A DNA stretch of 64,000 nt from Candidatus Ornithomonoglobus sp. (GCA_051877435.1 JBJEIW010000268.1:77-64076), one strand, 5' to 3'; shown: positions 28,742-38,880, counted from the first letter of the stretch. The notes: a model not told the origin generated them from the sequence alone. Made by a program: numbers and translations.

Positions 28742-29335
28742 ATGAAAAAAAGTACAATCTGTTCACTCGCGGCGGCTTCATTGCTTATAACTGCAATCAG
28801 CGGATGCGGTCCTATCTTCGACAGCGCTGACGAAGCTACAGCAGAGCCGGTGCGTGTTGATCCTACGATAAACGTATTCGGCGCGTATGCTCCTATTGAA
28901 GGCTATACCGAATACACAAGCGCTGACGGCAGTTTTTCAATACAGCTTCCCGACGGCAGCATGATTGATGATTCTAATCCTGACAGTGTGACTGTTACCG
29001 TTGCGAGCGGCTACGAAAATCCTGATCTGATTAATATTTCCAAATCAGATTCCGCTCAGAGACTTACTTCAACAGCTGAACTCATGAAGATGCTTGAGAG
29101 TGATAATTCAATTGACATAACGGGTTATGCCAATATTAATAAAGACGGCGCTTATGAGGGCTATAAATACACTTATACTGCTATGGACAACGAAACACTT
29201 AAAGGTATCGTAAGCACCTACTTTTCTGAAGACGGTACGGCCTATATTGTAAACGCCACGATCAATAACGGAGCAGACGAGGAAAACGTTACGATGATCA
29301 ATACAATAGTTGATACGTTTATAAATAACAGGTAA
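28742..29335 (+). CDS. hypothetical lipoprotein
   Basis: 197 aa. Signal peptide with lipobox AISGC. I recognise no family. Confidence 0.65.
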   Translation: MKKSTICSLAAASLLITAISGCGPIFDSADEATAEPVRVDPTINVFGAYAPIEGYTEYTSADGSFSIQLPDGSMIDDSNPDSVTVTVASGYENPDLINISKSDSAQRLTSTAELMKMLESDNSIDITGYANINKDGAYEGYKYTYTAMDNETLKGIVSTYFSEDGTAYIVNATINNGADEENVTMINTIVDTFINNR

Positions 29336-29337
29336 TA

Positions 29338-29366
29338 TAAAAACACATGCCGCAGCATGTGTTTTT
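29338..29366. terminator. bidirectional terminator between the lipoprotein gene and murG
   Basis: AAACACATGC-CGCA-GCATGTGTTT, a perfect 10-bp stem flanked by A and T runs. Confidence 0.85.
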
Positions 29367-29369
29367 ATA

Positions 29370-30476
29370 TTATTTTTTTGACATATCTGTCATAAGTCCA
29401 TATAGCTTTTCAAGAGCGTCTGTTTTTGCAATCTTTTTAAGGTTGCGGGACATACGTTCAAGACAGCTGCTGTCGCTGAGCATTTTTTCTATTCTCTCAT
29501 AGAGAACCTTCGGCGAAAGCTCATCCTCTGTTATAACCTCCGCGGCGCCGTTGCGCTCAAACTCACGGGCATTCTGCTCCTGATGATTTCTGACAACATT
29601 CGGTGACGGAATAAGAATTGAGGGCTTGCCCAGAGCCGCAATTTCCGAAACGGTAATCGCGCCCGAACGCGCTACCACAATATCGGCCGCCGCCATTACC
29701 TCTGCCATATTATCTATATAAGGTGTTATTTCAATATTCTTATCCTTATCCGTTATTCCAAGCTCGTTCGCTCTTTGGATCACCTTTTCATAGTTGCGTT
29801 CACCTGTTCCGAACAGAAGCTTTATATTCTTATTTTCCTTTATCCGCGGAAGCATTGAAATAACAGTTTCATTAATTCTGTCAGCTCCGAGACTTCCTCC
29901 GAATATCAGAATAAACGATGTCTTTTTAAGTCCAAGCTTTTTACGCGCCGACTCCTTATCCGCTTTTAGTATCTCTGTCCTTATCGGATTGCCCGTAACA
30001 ACGCACTTCTCCTTGTGCTTTAAAAGGTTTACGGTTTCATCAAAGCTCAGCGCCAGATATTTAACATATTTCTCCGAGCCCTTTACCGTAAGTCCCGGAT
30101 AAACGTTCTGCTCATGAATAAGAGCGTTTACTCCCTCCTTTGCCGCAGCCATGGCAACAGGGCCGCTTACATATCCGCCCGTGCATACCACGCAGTCGGG
30201 CTTAAAATCGCGTATGATTTTACGGCAGTCGCTCTGCGCCTTCATGAGCTTTTTAAGAACTCCGACATTTTTCAGCATATTTTTACGGCTGAAGCCCTCA
30301 ATGTCAATATATTTTATATCATATCCCGCCTTAGGCACAAGCTTTGTTTCAAGTCCTCTGCGCGTTCCTATAAACAGCGTCTCAAAGCTCTTATCATGCG
30401 CTTTGGCATAATCGGCAATGGAAATCGCGGGATTTATATGTCCGCCCGTTCCGCCTCCGGCAAATATTACTCTCAT
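29370..30476 (-). CDS. murG: UDP-N-acetylglucosamine--N-acetylmuramyl-(pentapeptide) pyrophosphoryl-undecaprenol GlcNAc transferase
   Basis: 368 aa. Starts MRVIFAGGGTGGHINPA and has a GT28 C-terminal domain (FGGSLGA, ARSGAITVSE). Confidence 0.94.
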   Translation of the reverse strand: MRVIFAGGGTGGHINPAISIADYAKAHDKSFETLFIGTRRGLETKLVPKAGYDIKYIDIEGFSRKNMLKNVGVLKKLMKAQSDCRKIIRDFKPDCVVCTGGYVSGPVAMAAAKEGVNALIHEQNVYPGLTVKGSEKYVKYLALSFDETVNLLKHKEKCVVTGNPIRTEILKADKESARKKLGLKKTSFILIFGGSLGADRINETVISMLPRIKENKNIKLLFGTGERNYEKVIQRANELGITDKDKNIEITPYIDNMAEVMAAADIVVARSGAITVSEIAALGKPSILIPSPNVVRNHQEQNAREFERNGAAEVITEDELSPKVLYERIEKMLSDSSCLERMSRNLKKIAKTDALEKLYGLMTDMSKK

Positions 30477-30499
30477 CTGTTATTACCTCTCTATAATCA

Positions 30500-31891
30500 T
30501 TAATTCTTTATACTCTTGCGCGATATATTCAACAATATCCCCATTTCCAGCAGTAGTATGAAAATTGAAGTACCTCCATAGCTGAAAAACGGCAGCGATA
30601 CACCGGTGTTCGGGATAATAGAAACCGCAACACCCATATTCAGAACCGCCTGAATACCAAGCTGGGAGGCAATACCGATACATGTAAGCGTTGACCATGT
30701 ATCCGGCGCCTTAACCGCGACAGTCATCGCTCTTAAAAACAGCGCCGCAAACAGAAGAATTACCACAACACCGCCCACAAAGCCAAGCTCCTCGCATACA
30801 ATGGCAAATATAAAGTCATTGTACGGCTCAGGAAGATGCGAATACTTCTGAACACTCTGACCCAGTCCAAGTCCAAAAATTCTGCCCGAACCGATCGCAT
30901 ATATACTCTGTGAGATCTGGTAGCCGCTGTCCTGCGCGTCCGCAAACGGGTCAATCAGCGAATTAACTCGTTCCATTCGGGTCGGGTCAAACTGAAGGTA
31001 TACAAATACCATCAGCGCGAGCGCTATGCCTGCAAATATTACAGACTTAACGGGTGTTCCGCCGGCAAGCATAACACATATGGCAATACCGACTATAACG
31101 ATTGTGCCGCTGAGATGCGTTTCACACATGAGCAGCAAGGCAACTATACCGATATATGCCACACACTTAAAATTATCCTTCAGCTTATGCAGATCAATAT
31201 GGCCGCGTCTTACAAGGTCGGCAATATACATCGCGATAACCGGCTTCATAAGCTCTGACGGCTGAAACTGAATAAACGGAATATTCAGCCACCTGCGGGC
31301 ACCGTTTACCTTTACTCCTATACCCGGTATAAGAACAAGTATAAGCAAAAGAACGCACGCCCAGAAGGCATGGGGTATAAGATATCGGTATCTTTCAAGG
31401 TCAATCCTCGAAATTATGTACATTCCCACAAAGCCCATAACTATGAATATCAGCTGACGCTTGAAGAAATAATACGAGTCATCGTATATTCTTTTACCTG
31501 TGGGGGCGGACGCTGAAAGCATTACGATAAGCCCCAGCGCAACAATAAGTATTATGAGAAACAGCAGAGTATAATCAAGCTCTCCTGCCCTTGCCATCTG
31601 TTCTCTTAACGGTTTTCTCGCTGCGGTTCTGCTCTTTTTAACGGAAGAACGGCGCGCCGTTCCTTCTTCAGTCACCGTTGTCCGCCGCGCTCTGCCGGCA
31701 GGTTTTGCCGCCCTGCTCCGCGATGCCGCGCCTCCCGATGCAGCGGTCTTTGAAGTCTGTCGTGCCGGTTTTTTTGTGTTAGTTGAGGGTGTGCCGCGCT
31801 CTGCTGTACGCTTTGCGCTGTTTCTGCGCTTTGTCAGGCTGTCAGAGGCCGTCACGCGTCTTGTTCCGCGGCCGTATTCCGAATTTGCCAT
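30500..31891 (-). CDS. ftsW: FtsW/RodA/SpoVE family peptidoglycan glycosyltransferase with an approximately 100-aa polybasic N-terminal extension
   Basis: 463 aa. The SEDS core runs from about aa 105 (QPSELMKP, PEPYNDFIFA, SYGGTS). The upstream start has a strong RBS (AGGAGAGGAG), 18 nt after the mraY stop. Confidence 0.9.
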   Translation of the reverse strand: MANSEYGRGTRRVTASDSLTKRRNSAKRTAERGTPSTNTKKPARQTSKTAASGGAASRSRAAKPAGRARRTTVTEEGTARRSSVKKSRTAARKPLREQMARAGELDYTLLFLIILIVALGLIVMLSASAPTGKRIYDDSYYFFKRQLIFIVMGFVGMYIISRIDLERYRYLIPHAFWACVLLLILVLIPGIGVKVNGARRWLNIPFIQFQPSELMKPVIAMYIADLVRRGHIDLHKLKDNFKCVAYIGIVALLLMCETHLSGTIVIVGIAICVMLAGGTPVKSVIFAGIALALMVFVYLQFDPTRMERVNSLIDPFADAQDSGYQISQSIYAIGSGRIFGLGLGQSVQKYSHLPEPYNDFIFAIVCEELGFVGGVVVILLFAALFLRAMTVAVKAPDTWSTLTCIGIASQLGIQAVLNMGVAVSIIPNTGVSLPFFSYGGTSIFILLLEMGILLNISRKSIKN

Positions 31892-31909
31892 ATACAGCTC
31901 CTCTCCTTT

Positions 31910-32935
31910 TTAAGCGAAAAATGCTATAACACATAAAATCAGTGTAACAAGCGTGAACACCCCTACGATCTTTGTTTCCTTCCAGTTCATCATTTCAAAA
32001 TGATGGTGGATAGGCGTCATCTTAAATATTCTGCGTCCCTCGCCGTACTTCTTTTTGGTGTACTTAAAATATGTTGTCTGCATTATTACCGAAAGCGTCT
32101 CCGCAAAATATACAAAGCCCACAATAATCAGATACAGGTGCATATTCATAGCAACCGCCATGAGCGCAACCGCCGCGCCCAAGAAAAGCGAGCCTGTGTC
32201 GCCCATGAATACCTTTGCCGGGTATTTGTTGTATATAAGGAAGCCGAGAAGTCCTCCTGCTACAGCCGCGCCGAACAGGGCGACATGCATCATCAACTCT
32301 CCGTATACGCATATTGCCGCAAATAACGCAAAGAAAATCGCAACAACAACGGTAACGCTTGATGCAAGCCCGTCAAGTCCGTCCGTAAGATTTACAGCGT
32401 TAACCGTTCCGACAACAACAAACATGACAAACGGTATATACAGCCATATAGGGATAAAAAACGAATATCTTATAAAAGGTATTACGATTGCCGTACTCAA
32501 TGCTCCCATACGATACATTACAATTACATATACAGCCGCAAAAACAAGCTGCAATAACAGCTTCTGAAGCGGTGTAAGTCCGAGATTGCGTTTTTTTACA
32601 ACCTTAATGTAATCATCAATAAAACCGACAATTCCGAAGCCGAGAGCAAAAATGTATATTATGAGCGCGTAAAGCGCGGTTCCCTCAATCGCGTCCGTAA
32701 CAATAAACCTTGCGACAAGCCACGCTATAAGCGCGACGCCTATTCCTACAATGAACATGATTCCGCCCATTGTCGGTGTTCCCGACTTTTTCTGATGCCA
32801 CTTAGGTCCCTCCTCGCGGATTTCCTGACCGTATTTAAGCTTGTGCAGCCAGCGGATAAACGCCGGACCGAGAATTGCCGTTACTGCAAAGGCTATTACA
32901 AAGCCAAATCCCATTGTTACTAATTTATTCTGCAT
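31910..32935 (-). CDS. mraY: phospho-N-acetylmuramoyl-pentapeptide transferase
   Basis: 341 aa. Motifs TPTMGG, NLTDGLDGLA, GDTGSL and HHHFE. Confidence 0.96.
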   Translation of the reverse strand: MQNKLVTMGFGFVIAFAVTAILGPAFIRWLHKLKYGQEIREEGPKWHQKKSGTPTMGGIMFIVGIGVALIAWLVARFIVTDAIEGTALYALIIYIFALGFGIVGFIDDYIKVVKKRNLGLTPLQKLLLQLVFAAVYVIVMYRMGALSTAIVIPFIRYSFFIPIWLYIPFVMFVVVGTVNAVNLTDGLDGLASSVTVVVAIFFALFAAICVYGELMMHVALFGAAVAGGLLGFLIYNKYPAKVFMGDTGSLFLGAAVALMAVAMNMHLYLIIVGFVYFAETLSVIMQTTYFKYTKKKYGEGRRIFKMTPIHHHFEMMNWKETKIVGVFTLVTLILCVIAFFA

Positions 32936-32954
32936 GATAAATATTATTCCTTCC

Positions 32955-34325
32955 TCAGAGTGTCTTTAATATATCGGTTATTTTCTCAAAATGCATACCG
33001 TGCGACGCCTTGACAAGCACGCTGTCATCCGCCCTGACAAGTCCGGCTATTGCTTCTGCGGCATCATCCGTAGTTTCATATACCTTAACATTTTCAAAAC
33101 CGTTATCCTTAGCGCCCTCCGCAATTTTTGACGCGTTTTCACCGGCTGTCACAAGCATATTTATACCGCTCTGCGCAATGTCCTTCCCGAGGTCGTAATG
33201 CGCCTTTTCCGCAAAATCACCCATTTCAAGCACATCACCAAGAACTGCAATTTTATTATTCTTAGACGAAGCCTTAAGCACCTTGAGAGCCGCCCTTATC
33301 GAATCGGGCGATGAGTTATAACAGTCATTGATTATCTCAATGCCGTTATGCTCAATTATTTCAAGCCTTTGCGATGTATACTCACATTCCTTGAGTCCTT
33401 TTATACATTCCTCAACGCTCACTCCGAAATGAAGTCCCGCGCATACCGCGGCAAGCGCGTTATATACATTGTGAACTCCCGGCTGCGTAACCGCCGCCCT
33501 GAATTTACCGCCGCCATACACAACCGTGAACTCCACACCGGAGCGTCCGTTGTTTTCTATATCCTTTGCATAGACATCATTTGACGGGTCAAGACCGTAT
33601 TTTACTACTCTGTACGGTCCGCCTGTTACGGCCTTTAAGAATTTATCATCACCGTTTACAAACAAGGTATTCTTTTCGGTAAACAGCTTTGTAACCTCCA
33701 TCTTTGCCTTAAATATGCCCTCCTGAGAGCCGAGATTTTCAATATGCGACATACCTATATTTGTTATGATTGCCGCGTCCGGGAGCGCGATGCCCGCAAG
33801 ATACTCAATCTCTCCGAAATGGTTCATTCCCATCTCAATTACAGCCATCTCATGCTCCTCCCCAAGACCGTATATAGTAAGAGGCACACCTATATCATTA
33901 TTGAAATTATTAGGCGTTTTAAGCGTGTTGTAGTGCGCCGAAAGAACAGCGTAAACCATATCCTTTGTCGTTGTCTTTCCGACGCTTCCCGTTATGGCAA
34001 CAGACGGAACAAAATATTTCTTTTTATAGTAGCGGGCAATATCGCCCATCGCTTTTCTTGTATCCTTAACGCGGATAAGCGTCCCCTTGGCGCGCTCAAT
34101 TTCCTTTTCCGTAAGCGCGGCTGACGCGCCGTGCTCCAATGCGGACTTCACAAAATCGTGTCCGTCAACCTTCTCGCCCTTCAGCGGCACAAACAGAACG
34201 CCCTCGCTTACCTCACGCGAGTCCCTTGTTACACCTGTGATCTCCAGCCCTGCGGAATTGCTTGTTTTTGAAATAATCTCGCCCTTTGTTGCGCGCAGGA
34301 TATCCTTTATCGTCAAGACCTGCAT
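32955..34325 (-). CDS. murF: UDP-N-acetylmuramoyl-tripeptide--D-alanyl-D-alanine ligase
   Basis: About 456 aa from MQVLTIKDIL (RBS GGAGGAGG). Mur ligase P-loop GSVGKTTTK. Confidence 0.92.
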   Translation of the reverse strand: MQVLTIKDILRATKGEIISKTSNSAGLEITGVTRDSREVSEGVLFVPLKGEKVDGHDFVKSALEHGASAALTEKEIERAKGTLIRVKDTRKAMGDIARYYKKKYFVPSVAITGSVGKTTTKDMVYAVLSAHYNTLKTPNNFNNDIGVPLTIYGLGEEHEMAVIEMGMNHFGEIEYLAGIALPDAAIITNIGMSHIENLGSQEGIFKAKMEVTKLFTEKNTLFVNGDDKFLKAVTGGPYRVVKYGLDPSNDVYAKDIENNGRSGVEFTVVYGGGKFRAAVTQPGVHNVYNALAAVCAGLHFGVSVEECIKGLKECEYTSQRLEIIEHNGIEIINDCYNSSPDSIRAALKVLKASSKNNKIAVLGDVLEMGDFAEKAHYDLGKDIAQSGINMLVTAGENASKIAEGAKDNGFENVKVYETTDDAAEAIAGLVRADDSVLVKASHGMHFEKITDILKTL

Positions 34326-34398
34326 AAAATGCCTCCTCCATATACTCACAATAAGGGGCTGCCGAAAAAACGGCAGTCCCCTCTCTGTCTTTTGACTC

Positions 34399-35841
34399 TT
34401 AATTTTTCTTTAAGTGCTTATAAACCTCTATTCTTTCGTCAAAATCAAACTTTTCCTTACCGATTATCTGATAGGTTTCCTGACCCTTGCCCGCGAGAAT
34501 GATCACATCACCCTTCTCTGCAAAGTCAAGAGCATAGCCTATCGCCTCGCGGCGGTCTGTTATAAGCGTATATTTACCGTCGGTTCTCTTCATACCCTCT
34601 TCAATCTCGCGCACTATAAGCTCAGGATCCTCTGTTCTGGGGTTATCCGAGGTGATTATGCTGTAGTCCGCCAGACGTCCGGCAATCTCACCCATAACTG
34701 CGCGCTTTGTATTGTCACGGTCGCCTCCGCAGCCGAACAGCACAATTGTTCTGCCCTCGGCAAAGCCCTTGACACAGTTGATTATATTTTCAAGACCGTC
34801 CGGTGTATGGGCATAGTCGATAATTACAGTATAATCGGTATCCGTCGGAACGACCTCAACACGTCCTAAAACACCCGTTGCCTTTGCAAGACCTTCTACT
34901 ACGGTGTCAATGTCAATTCCAAGCTGCAGTGCGGCGCCTGCGGCGCAGATTGCGTTATACACACTGAAGCGTCCCGGAATCTGAATTTTTGCGGTGTGTC
35001 TTTCTCCCTTATAAATCATATCAAATTCGGCGCCGCGAGATGAAAAGCTTATGTTCTCAGCCTTAAGGTCACATCCGTCCTCAAGACCAACCTTCATAAT
35101 ATCTGAGCGCCCTCTCTTTGCAGCAATCTTTTTGCCGCCTTCATCATCAAAGTTTACAACGCCCTTCTTTGAAATATCAAACAGCTTAGCCTTTGCGTTA
35201 AGATAGTTTTCCATAGTCTTATGGAAATCGAGATGATCCTGTGTAAGGTTCGTAAATACGCCTACGGCAAATTCGCAGCCATGTACACGTTCAAGCTCAA
35301 GAGCATGACTTGAAACCTCCATAACAACATACTCCGCGCCGTTATAAACCATTTCATTAAAAAGCTGCTGCAGCTCAAGCGCGTTCGGAGTTGTAGGCGT
35401 TGTGCTCTTTGTGAGAAGCACCTTGTCGCCGATTATATTCTGGTTTGTACCGATTACTCCTACTATCTTTCCTGCCGCCTCAAGAATACTCTTTACTAGA
35501 TAAGTGATAGTTGTTTTTCCGTTGGTTCCCGTTATTCCGACAAGACTGAGTTTTTTTGCGGGATTGCCGTAAAAGGTACTGGCCAGCTCCGCAATAGTCT
35601 TTCTTGAATCCTTAACATATACAACCGGAACATCAACCTCCAGCTTATCCTCGGCGACAATTACCGCGGCGCCCTTTTCCGCAGCTGACACGGCATACTT
35701 GTGTCCGTCCGTTTCATAGCCCTTTATGCACACAAACACATTGCCGTCTGATACCTTTCTTGAATCATATGCTATTCCGGTTATATCAATACCTTGAAGC
35801 CCATCATTATACAGCTCCCCGAATAATTCTTTTGCTAACAT
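34399..35841 (-). CDS. murE: UDP-N-acetylmuramoyl-L-alanyl-D-glutamate--2,6-diaminopimelate ligase
   Basis: 480 aa. GTNGKTT P-loop. The DNPR motif (TSDNPRTE) indicates meso-DAP specificity. Confidence 0.93.
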   Translation of the reverse strand: MLAKELFGELYNDGLQGIDITGIAYDSRKVSDGNVFVCIKGYETDGHKYAVSAAEKGAAVIVAEDKLEVDVPVVYVKDSRKTIAELASTFYGNPAKKLSLVGITGTNGKTTITYLVKSILEAAGKIVGVIGTNQNIIGDKVLLTKSTTPTTPNALELQQLFNEMVYNGAEYVVMEVSSHALELERVHGCEFAVGVFTNLTQDHLDFHKTMENYLNAKAKLFDISKKGVVNFDDEGGKKIAAKRGRSDIMKVGLEDGCDLKAENISFSSRGAEFDMIYKGERHTAKIQIPGRFSVYNAICAAGAALQLGIDIDTVVEGLAKATGVLGRVEVVPTDTDYTVIIDYAHTPDGLENIINCVKGFAEGRTIVLFGCGGDRDNTKRAVMGEIAGRLADYSIITSDNPRTEDPELIVREIEEGMKRTDGKYTLITDRREAIGYALDFAEKGDVIILAGKGQETYQIIGKEKFDFDERIEVYKHLKKN

Positions 35842-35864
35842 TATAACACCCCGCTATTCATAAA

Positions 35865-38177
35865 TTAGTCATTTGTCTGCTGTCTGAATTCAACGCCTAT
35901 TATTGTTCCCGGCAATACCTTTGTACCGCTTTGTATCGTCTGCGATGTGGCGTATGCGCTGCTTGCCTCACTGTGACCCGCACCGCTGATTTCAAAATTC
36001 AAGCCGCAGTTATTCAAAATATATTTTGCATCCGATACGGACGTTCCCTTTAAATCAGGAACCTTTATCATATCGTTCTCATCTCTGTCCTGTGTATAGA
36101 TAATTACAACTGAATCCTCCTCAAGCTGCTCATCCGGCGCCGGAAGCTGATCTACAACAGTTTCACCGGTACCCTTCACAATATATTTAAGATTCTTATC
36201 CTCAAGCGATGCCTTGGCTTCACTCAGCGTCTGACCTCTCAGCTCGGGTACCTCGACATACACATCCGGAGTTTCATTATCGCTGTACTGCTTGCTGACA
36301 CCCATATAGTCAAGTGATTCCGCGAGAACCTCGCCCACTACAGGCGCCGCGATTGTACCGCCGTATTTATTCTCTGTCTGCGGCTCGTCAAGCATAATAA
36401 GGCATACAAGCTCAGGGTCATTCGCCGGCGCAAAGCCGACAAAGGAAGCTATACGCTTACGAAGCTCTCTGTTTCCCTTTTCGGAGGTGCCTGTCTTTCC
36501 GCCTATTCTGTAGCCCTTGACATACGCGTTTTTACCCGTTGCGTTAGGGTCGGAAACAACCTGCTCAAGGATGCTTCTCATACGCTCAGAGGTTTTCTCG
36601 GAAATAACTCTGTTTACTACCTCCGGCTCATAGCTTTTAACCACGCCGTCTTTGTTGGTTATGCTCTTTACTATAAGCGGTCTCATTCTCTGTCCGCCGT
36701 TTACTACGGCTGAAATTGCCGTTACAAGCTGCAGAGGCGTAACCTGAAAGCCCTGACCGAAGGAGGACGTTGCAAGGTCAACCTCGCTCATTGTGTCATA
36801 ATATATACCGCTTGCTTCTCCGACAAGATCAACACCCGTCTTTCCGGTGAGTCCGAACGCCTTGAAATAATCCATAAAGGTGTCGGCTCCCATTGAAAGA
36901 CCAACCTCCATGAACACCGGGTTACAGGAATTTTTCACTCCGTCAACAAAAGTCTGTGCGCCATGGCCGTAGGTATTCGCGCATTCAATCTTTCTGTCGG
37001 CAACAACCTTGAAGCCGGAACAGAAGAAATTCGATTCCTCCGATACGACGTTTTCTTCAAGAGCCGCGGCCGCGGTTATAATCTTAAAGGTTGAGCCCGG
37101 CTCATATGTATCCGATATACATTTGTCACGCCACATCTTTGTGCGCGCCTGACTCACAAATGTATCCGAAAGATTATTCGGATCCTCTGTAGGCCTCTCT
37201 GTAGCCATGGGGTCACTGCCGTCATCATCATACACCGGCTCAAACTCATACGCATATTCAAGGAACTGCGTAAGATCATTCGGATTGTTGCAGTCAAAAT
37301 CAGGCTTGGTTGCCATAGCGAGAATTTCACCTGTTTTAGGATTCATTATAATTCCCGCGGCGCCCTCCTTCAGCTCATTCTTCTGAACTGTCTCCTCAAG
37401 ATGCGTTTCAAGGAAATGCTGAAGCGTTTCGTCTATAGTGAGCGTTACATCGCAGCCCTTCTGTGCTGCCCTAAGATATTCTGCCTGCTGATCGGTCAGA
37501 TCCGCGCCGCTCGCCGTTCTGTTCTGGGAAACAGCGCCGTTTTCGCCGGAAAGATACTCGTCGAATTTCTTTTCAATCCCCTGCAGACCCTCACTGTCAT
37601 AGCCCGTAAAGCCAAGAACATGTGAAGCCACATTATACGGATAATATCTCTTTGTATCATTTTCAAAATAGACGCCTGACAAAGCATTCTTTATTCGTTT
37701 CTTTTCTTCATTTCTTGCCTTTGCCTCAGAGTCCTTCTCTTCCTCGTATTCGGGATTGAGCATCGCTTCAATCTGATCGCTTTCTTCCGCGGCAAGACGT
37801 TTTTTGATTACACGGTACTGCACATCCTCTGTAAAATATGCCCTGAGCTTTGTATCACTTATGCCTACTATCGGAGAAATCAGTGATATACAGGTGTTTA
37901 AATCACCGTTTTTGCTTATTTCCTGAGGATTGCACACAAGGGTTTTTACAGATGCCGACTCTGCAAGAACCATTCCGTTTCTGTCATATATGGTGCCCCT
38001 GTTTGCCTTTTCAACAGTATCCGCTGTCTGTATACGCTTTGCGGTCTCGGCAAGCTCATTGCCCCTTACAAGCTGCCACCATGCCATTCTTACGATAACC
38101 GCGGCAAATCCAAAAAACAGGGCGCCTATTATCAATATTGATTTTTTCTTTATACCATTCAGTGAAGGTAATTTCAA
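35865..38177 (-). CDS. class B penicillin-binding protein (FtsI/PBP2B/SpoVD-like) with C-terminal PASTA domains
   Basis: 770 aa. N-terminal TM, dimerisation domain, transpeptidase motifs STFK, SCN and KTGT, and two PASTA-like repeats. The apparent start is TTG at 38177 (RBS GAAGGA). Confidence 0.9.
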   Translation of the reverse strand: MKLPSLNGIKKKSILIIGALFFGFAAVIVRMAWWQLVRGNELAETAKRIQTADTVEKANRGTIYDRNGMVLAESASVKTLVCNPQEISKNGDLNTCISLISPIVGISDTKLRAYFTEDVQYRVIKKRLAAEESDQIEAMLNPEYEEEKDSEAKARNEEKKRIKNALSGVYFENDTKRYYPYNVASHVLGFTGYDSEGLQGIEKKFDEYLSGENGAVSQNRTASGADLTDQQAEYLRAAQKGCDVTLTIDETLQHFLETHLEETVQKNELKEGAAGIIMNPKTGEILAMATKPDFDCNNPNDLTQFLEYAYEFEPVYDDDGSDPMATERPTEDPNNLSDTFVSQARTKMWRDKCISDTYEPGSTFKIITAAAALEENVVSEESNFFCSGFKVVADRKIECANTYGHGAQTFVDGVKNSCNPVFMEVGLSMGADTFMDYFKAFGLTGKTGVDLVGEASGIYYDTMSEVDLATSSFGQGFQVTPLQLVTAISAVVNGGQRMRPLIVKSITNKDGVVKSYEPEVVNRVISEKTSERMRSILEQVVSDPNATGKNAYVKGYRIGGKTGTSEKGNRELRKRIASFVGFAPANDPELVCLIMLDEPQTENKYGGTIAAPVVGEVLAESLDYMGVSKQYSDNETPDVYVEVPELRGQTLSEAKASLEDKNLKYIVKGTGETVVDQLPAPDEQLEEDSVVIIYTQDRDENDMIKVPDLKGTSVSDAKYILNNCGLNFEISGAGHSEASSAYATSQTIQSGTKVLPGTIIGVEFRQQTND

Positions 38178-38226
38178 TTATATCATTCCTTCTATATGTC
38201 TGTTAAGTCACAGATGACCTTCAATT

Positions 38227-38291
38227 CTATATGCTTTTCACTAAATTTTCTATAGTCATTAAAACACAGGACACTTAATGCAAGCTATATA
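38227..38291. repeat. structured intergenic repeat element, short form
   Basis: CTATATGCTTTTCACTAAATTTTCTATAGTCA...CTTAATGCAAGCTATATA matches the long form minus about 50 central bp. It lies between ftsL and the pbp. Confidence 0.8.
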
Positions 38292-38292
38292 T

Positions 38293-38820
38293 TTATATGC
38301 TGAAAAATTCAACAATATGACTTATAATTGATTTGACTATAGCTGCGGTCCTGTTTCTGAAGCCCTCTACCTCACCGGCGGTTTTCTCCGTAACATCATC
38401 CTTAGGCACATCTATATAGACAATCTGATGACGTTCAGGGCGCTTCATGCCCAAGCGGGTTGTCGCCTCCTGCTCAATTTTTGAAAGATCTATGCTCTGC
38501 TCCAGCTCAAAGCTTTTCTGTGAGGTAACACTCTGCTCAAACGCATACTGCGCTTTTGTTTCGTTAAGAACCACAAGGGTTTCCTTTACCTCAACAAACT
38601 GAACTATCATACTTATTGCCGAAATTGTTACAACAACTATTGATGCAACCTTGGCCGCAAAGCTGATTTTCTTTGTTTTTTTCTTTCCTGCCGCGCGCCG
38701 CATTCCTTCTTCTTCCGTACGCGCAGCAGAAGCTTGACTCTTTCTGCCCTCACGGCTTCTGTAGTCTGTTCTGTTTCCATCTATATAATCATACTTATAC
38801 GCCAGATTTCCGTATGTCAA
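38293..38820 (-). CDS. ftsL: FtsL-like cell division protein (positional call)
   Basis: 175 aa. Basic N-terminus, a single TM helix (ASIVVVTISAISMIV), a coiled-coil-like segment and RLGM.. near the C-terminus. It sits between rsmH and the pbp. The start is TTG at 38820, with an alternative internal Met at aa 40. Confidence 0.6.
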   Translation of the reverse strand: MTYGNLAYKYDYIDGNRTDYRSREGRKSQASAARTEEEGMRRAAGKKKTKKISFAAKVASIVVVTISAISMIVQFVEVKETLVVLNETKAQYAFEQSVTSQKSFELEQSIDLSKIEQEATTRLGMKRPERHQIVYIDVPKDDVTEKTAGEVEGFRNRTAAIVKSIISHIVEFFSI

Positions 38821-38880
38821 TTTACTTTCCTCATTCCCGACTGCGCTGCCCTGCGGCAGCTCTGAATATACTTATTACAC

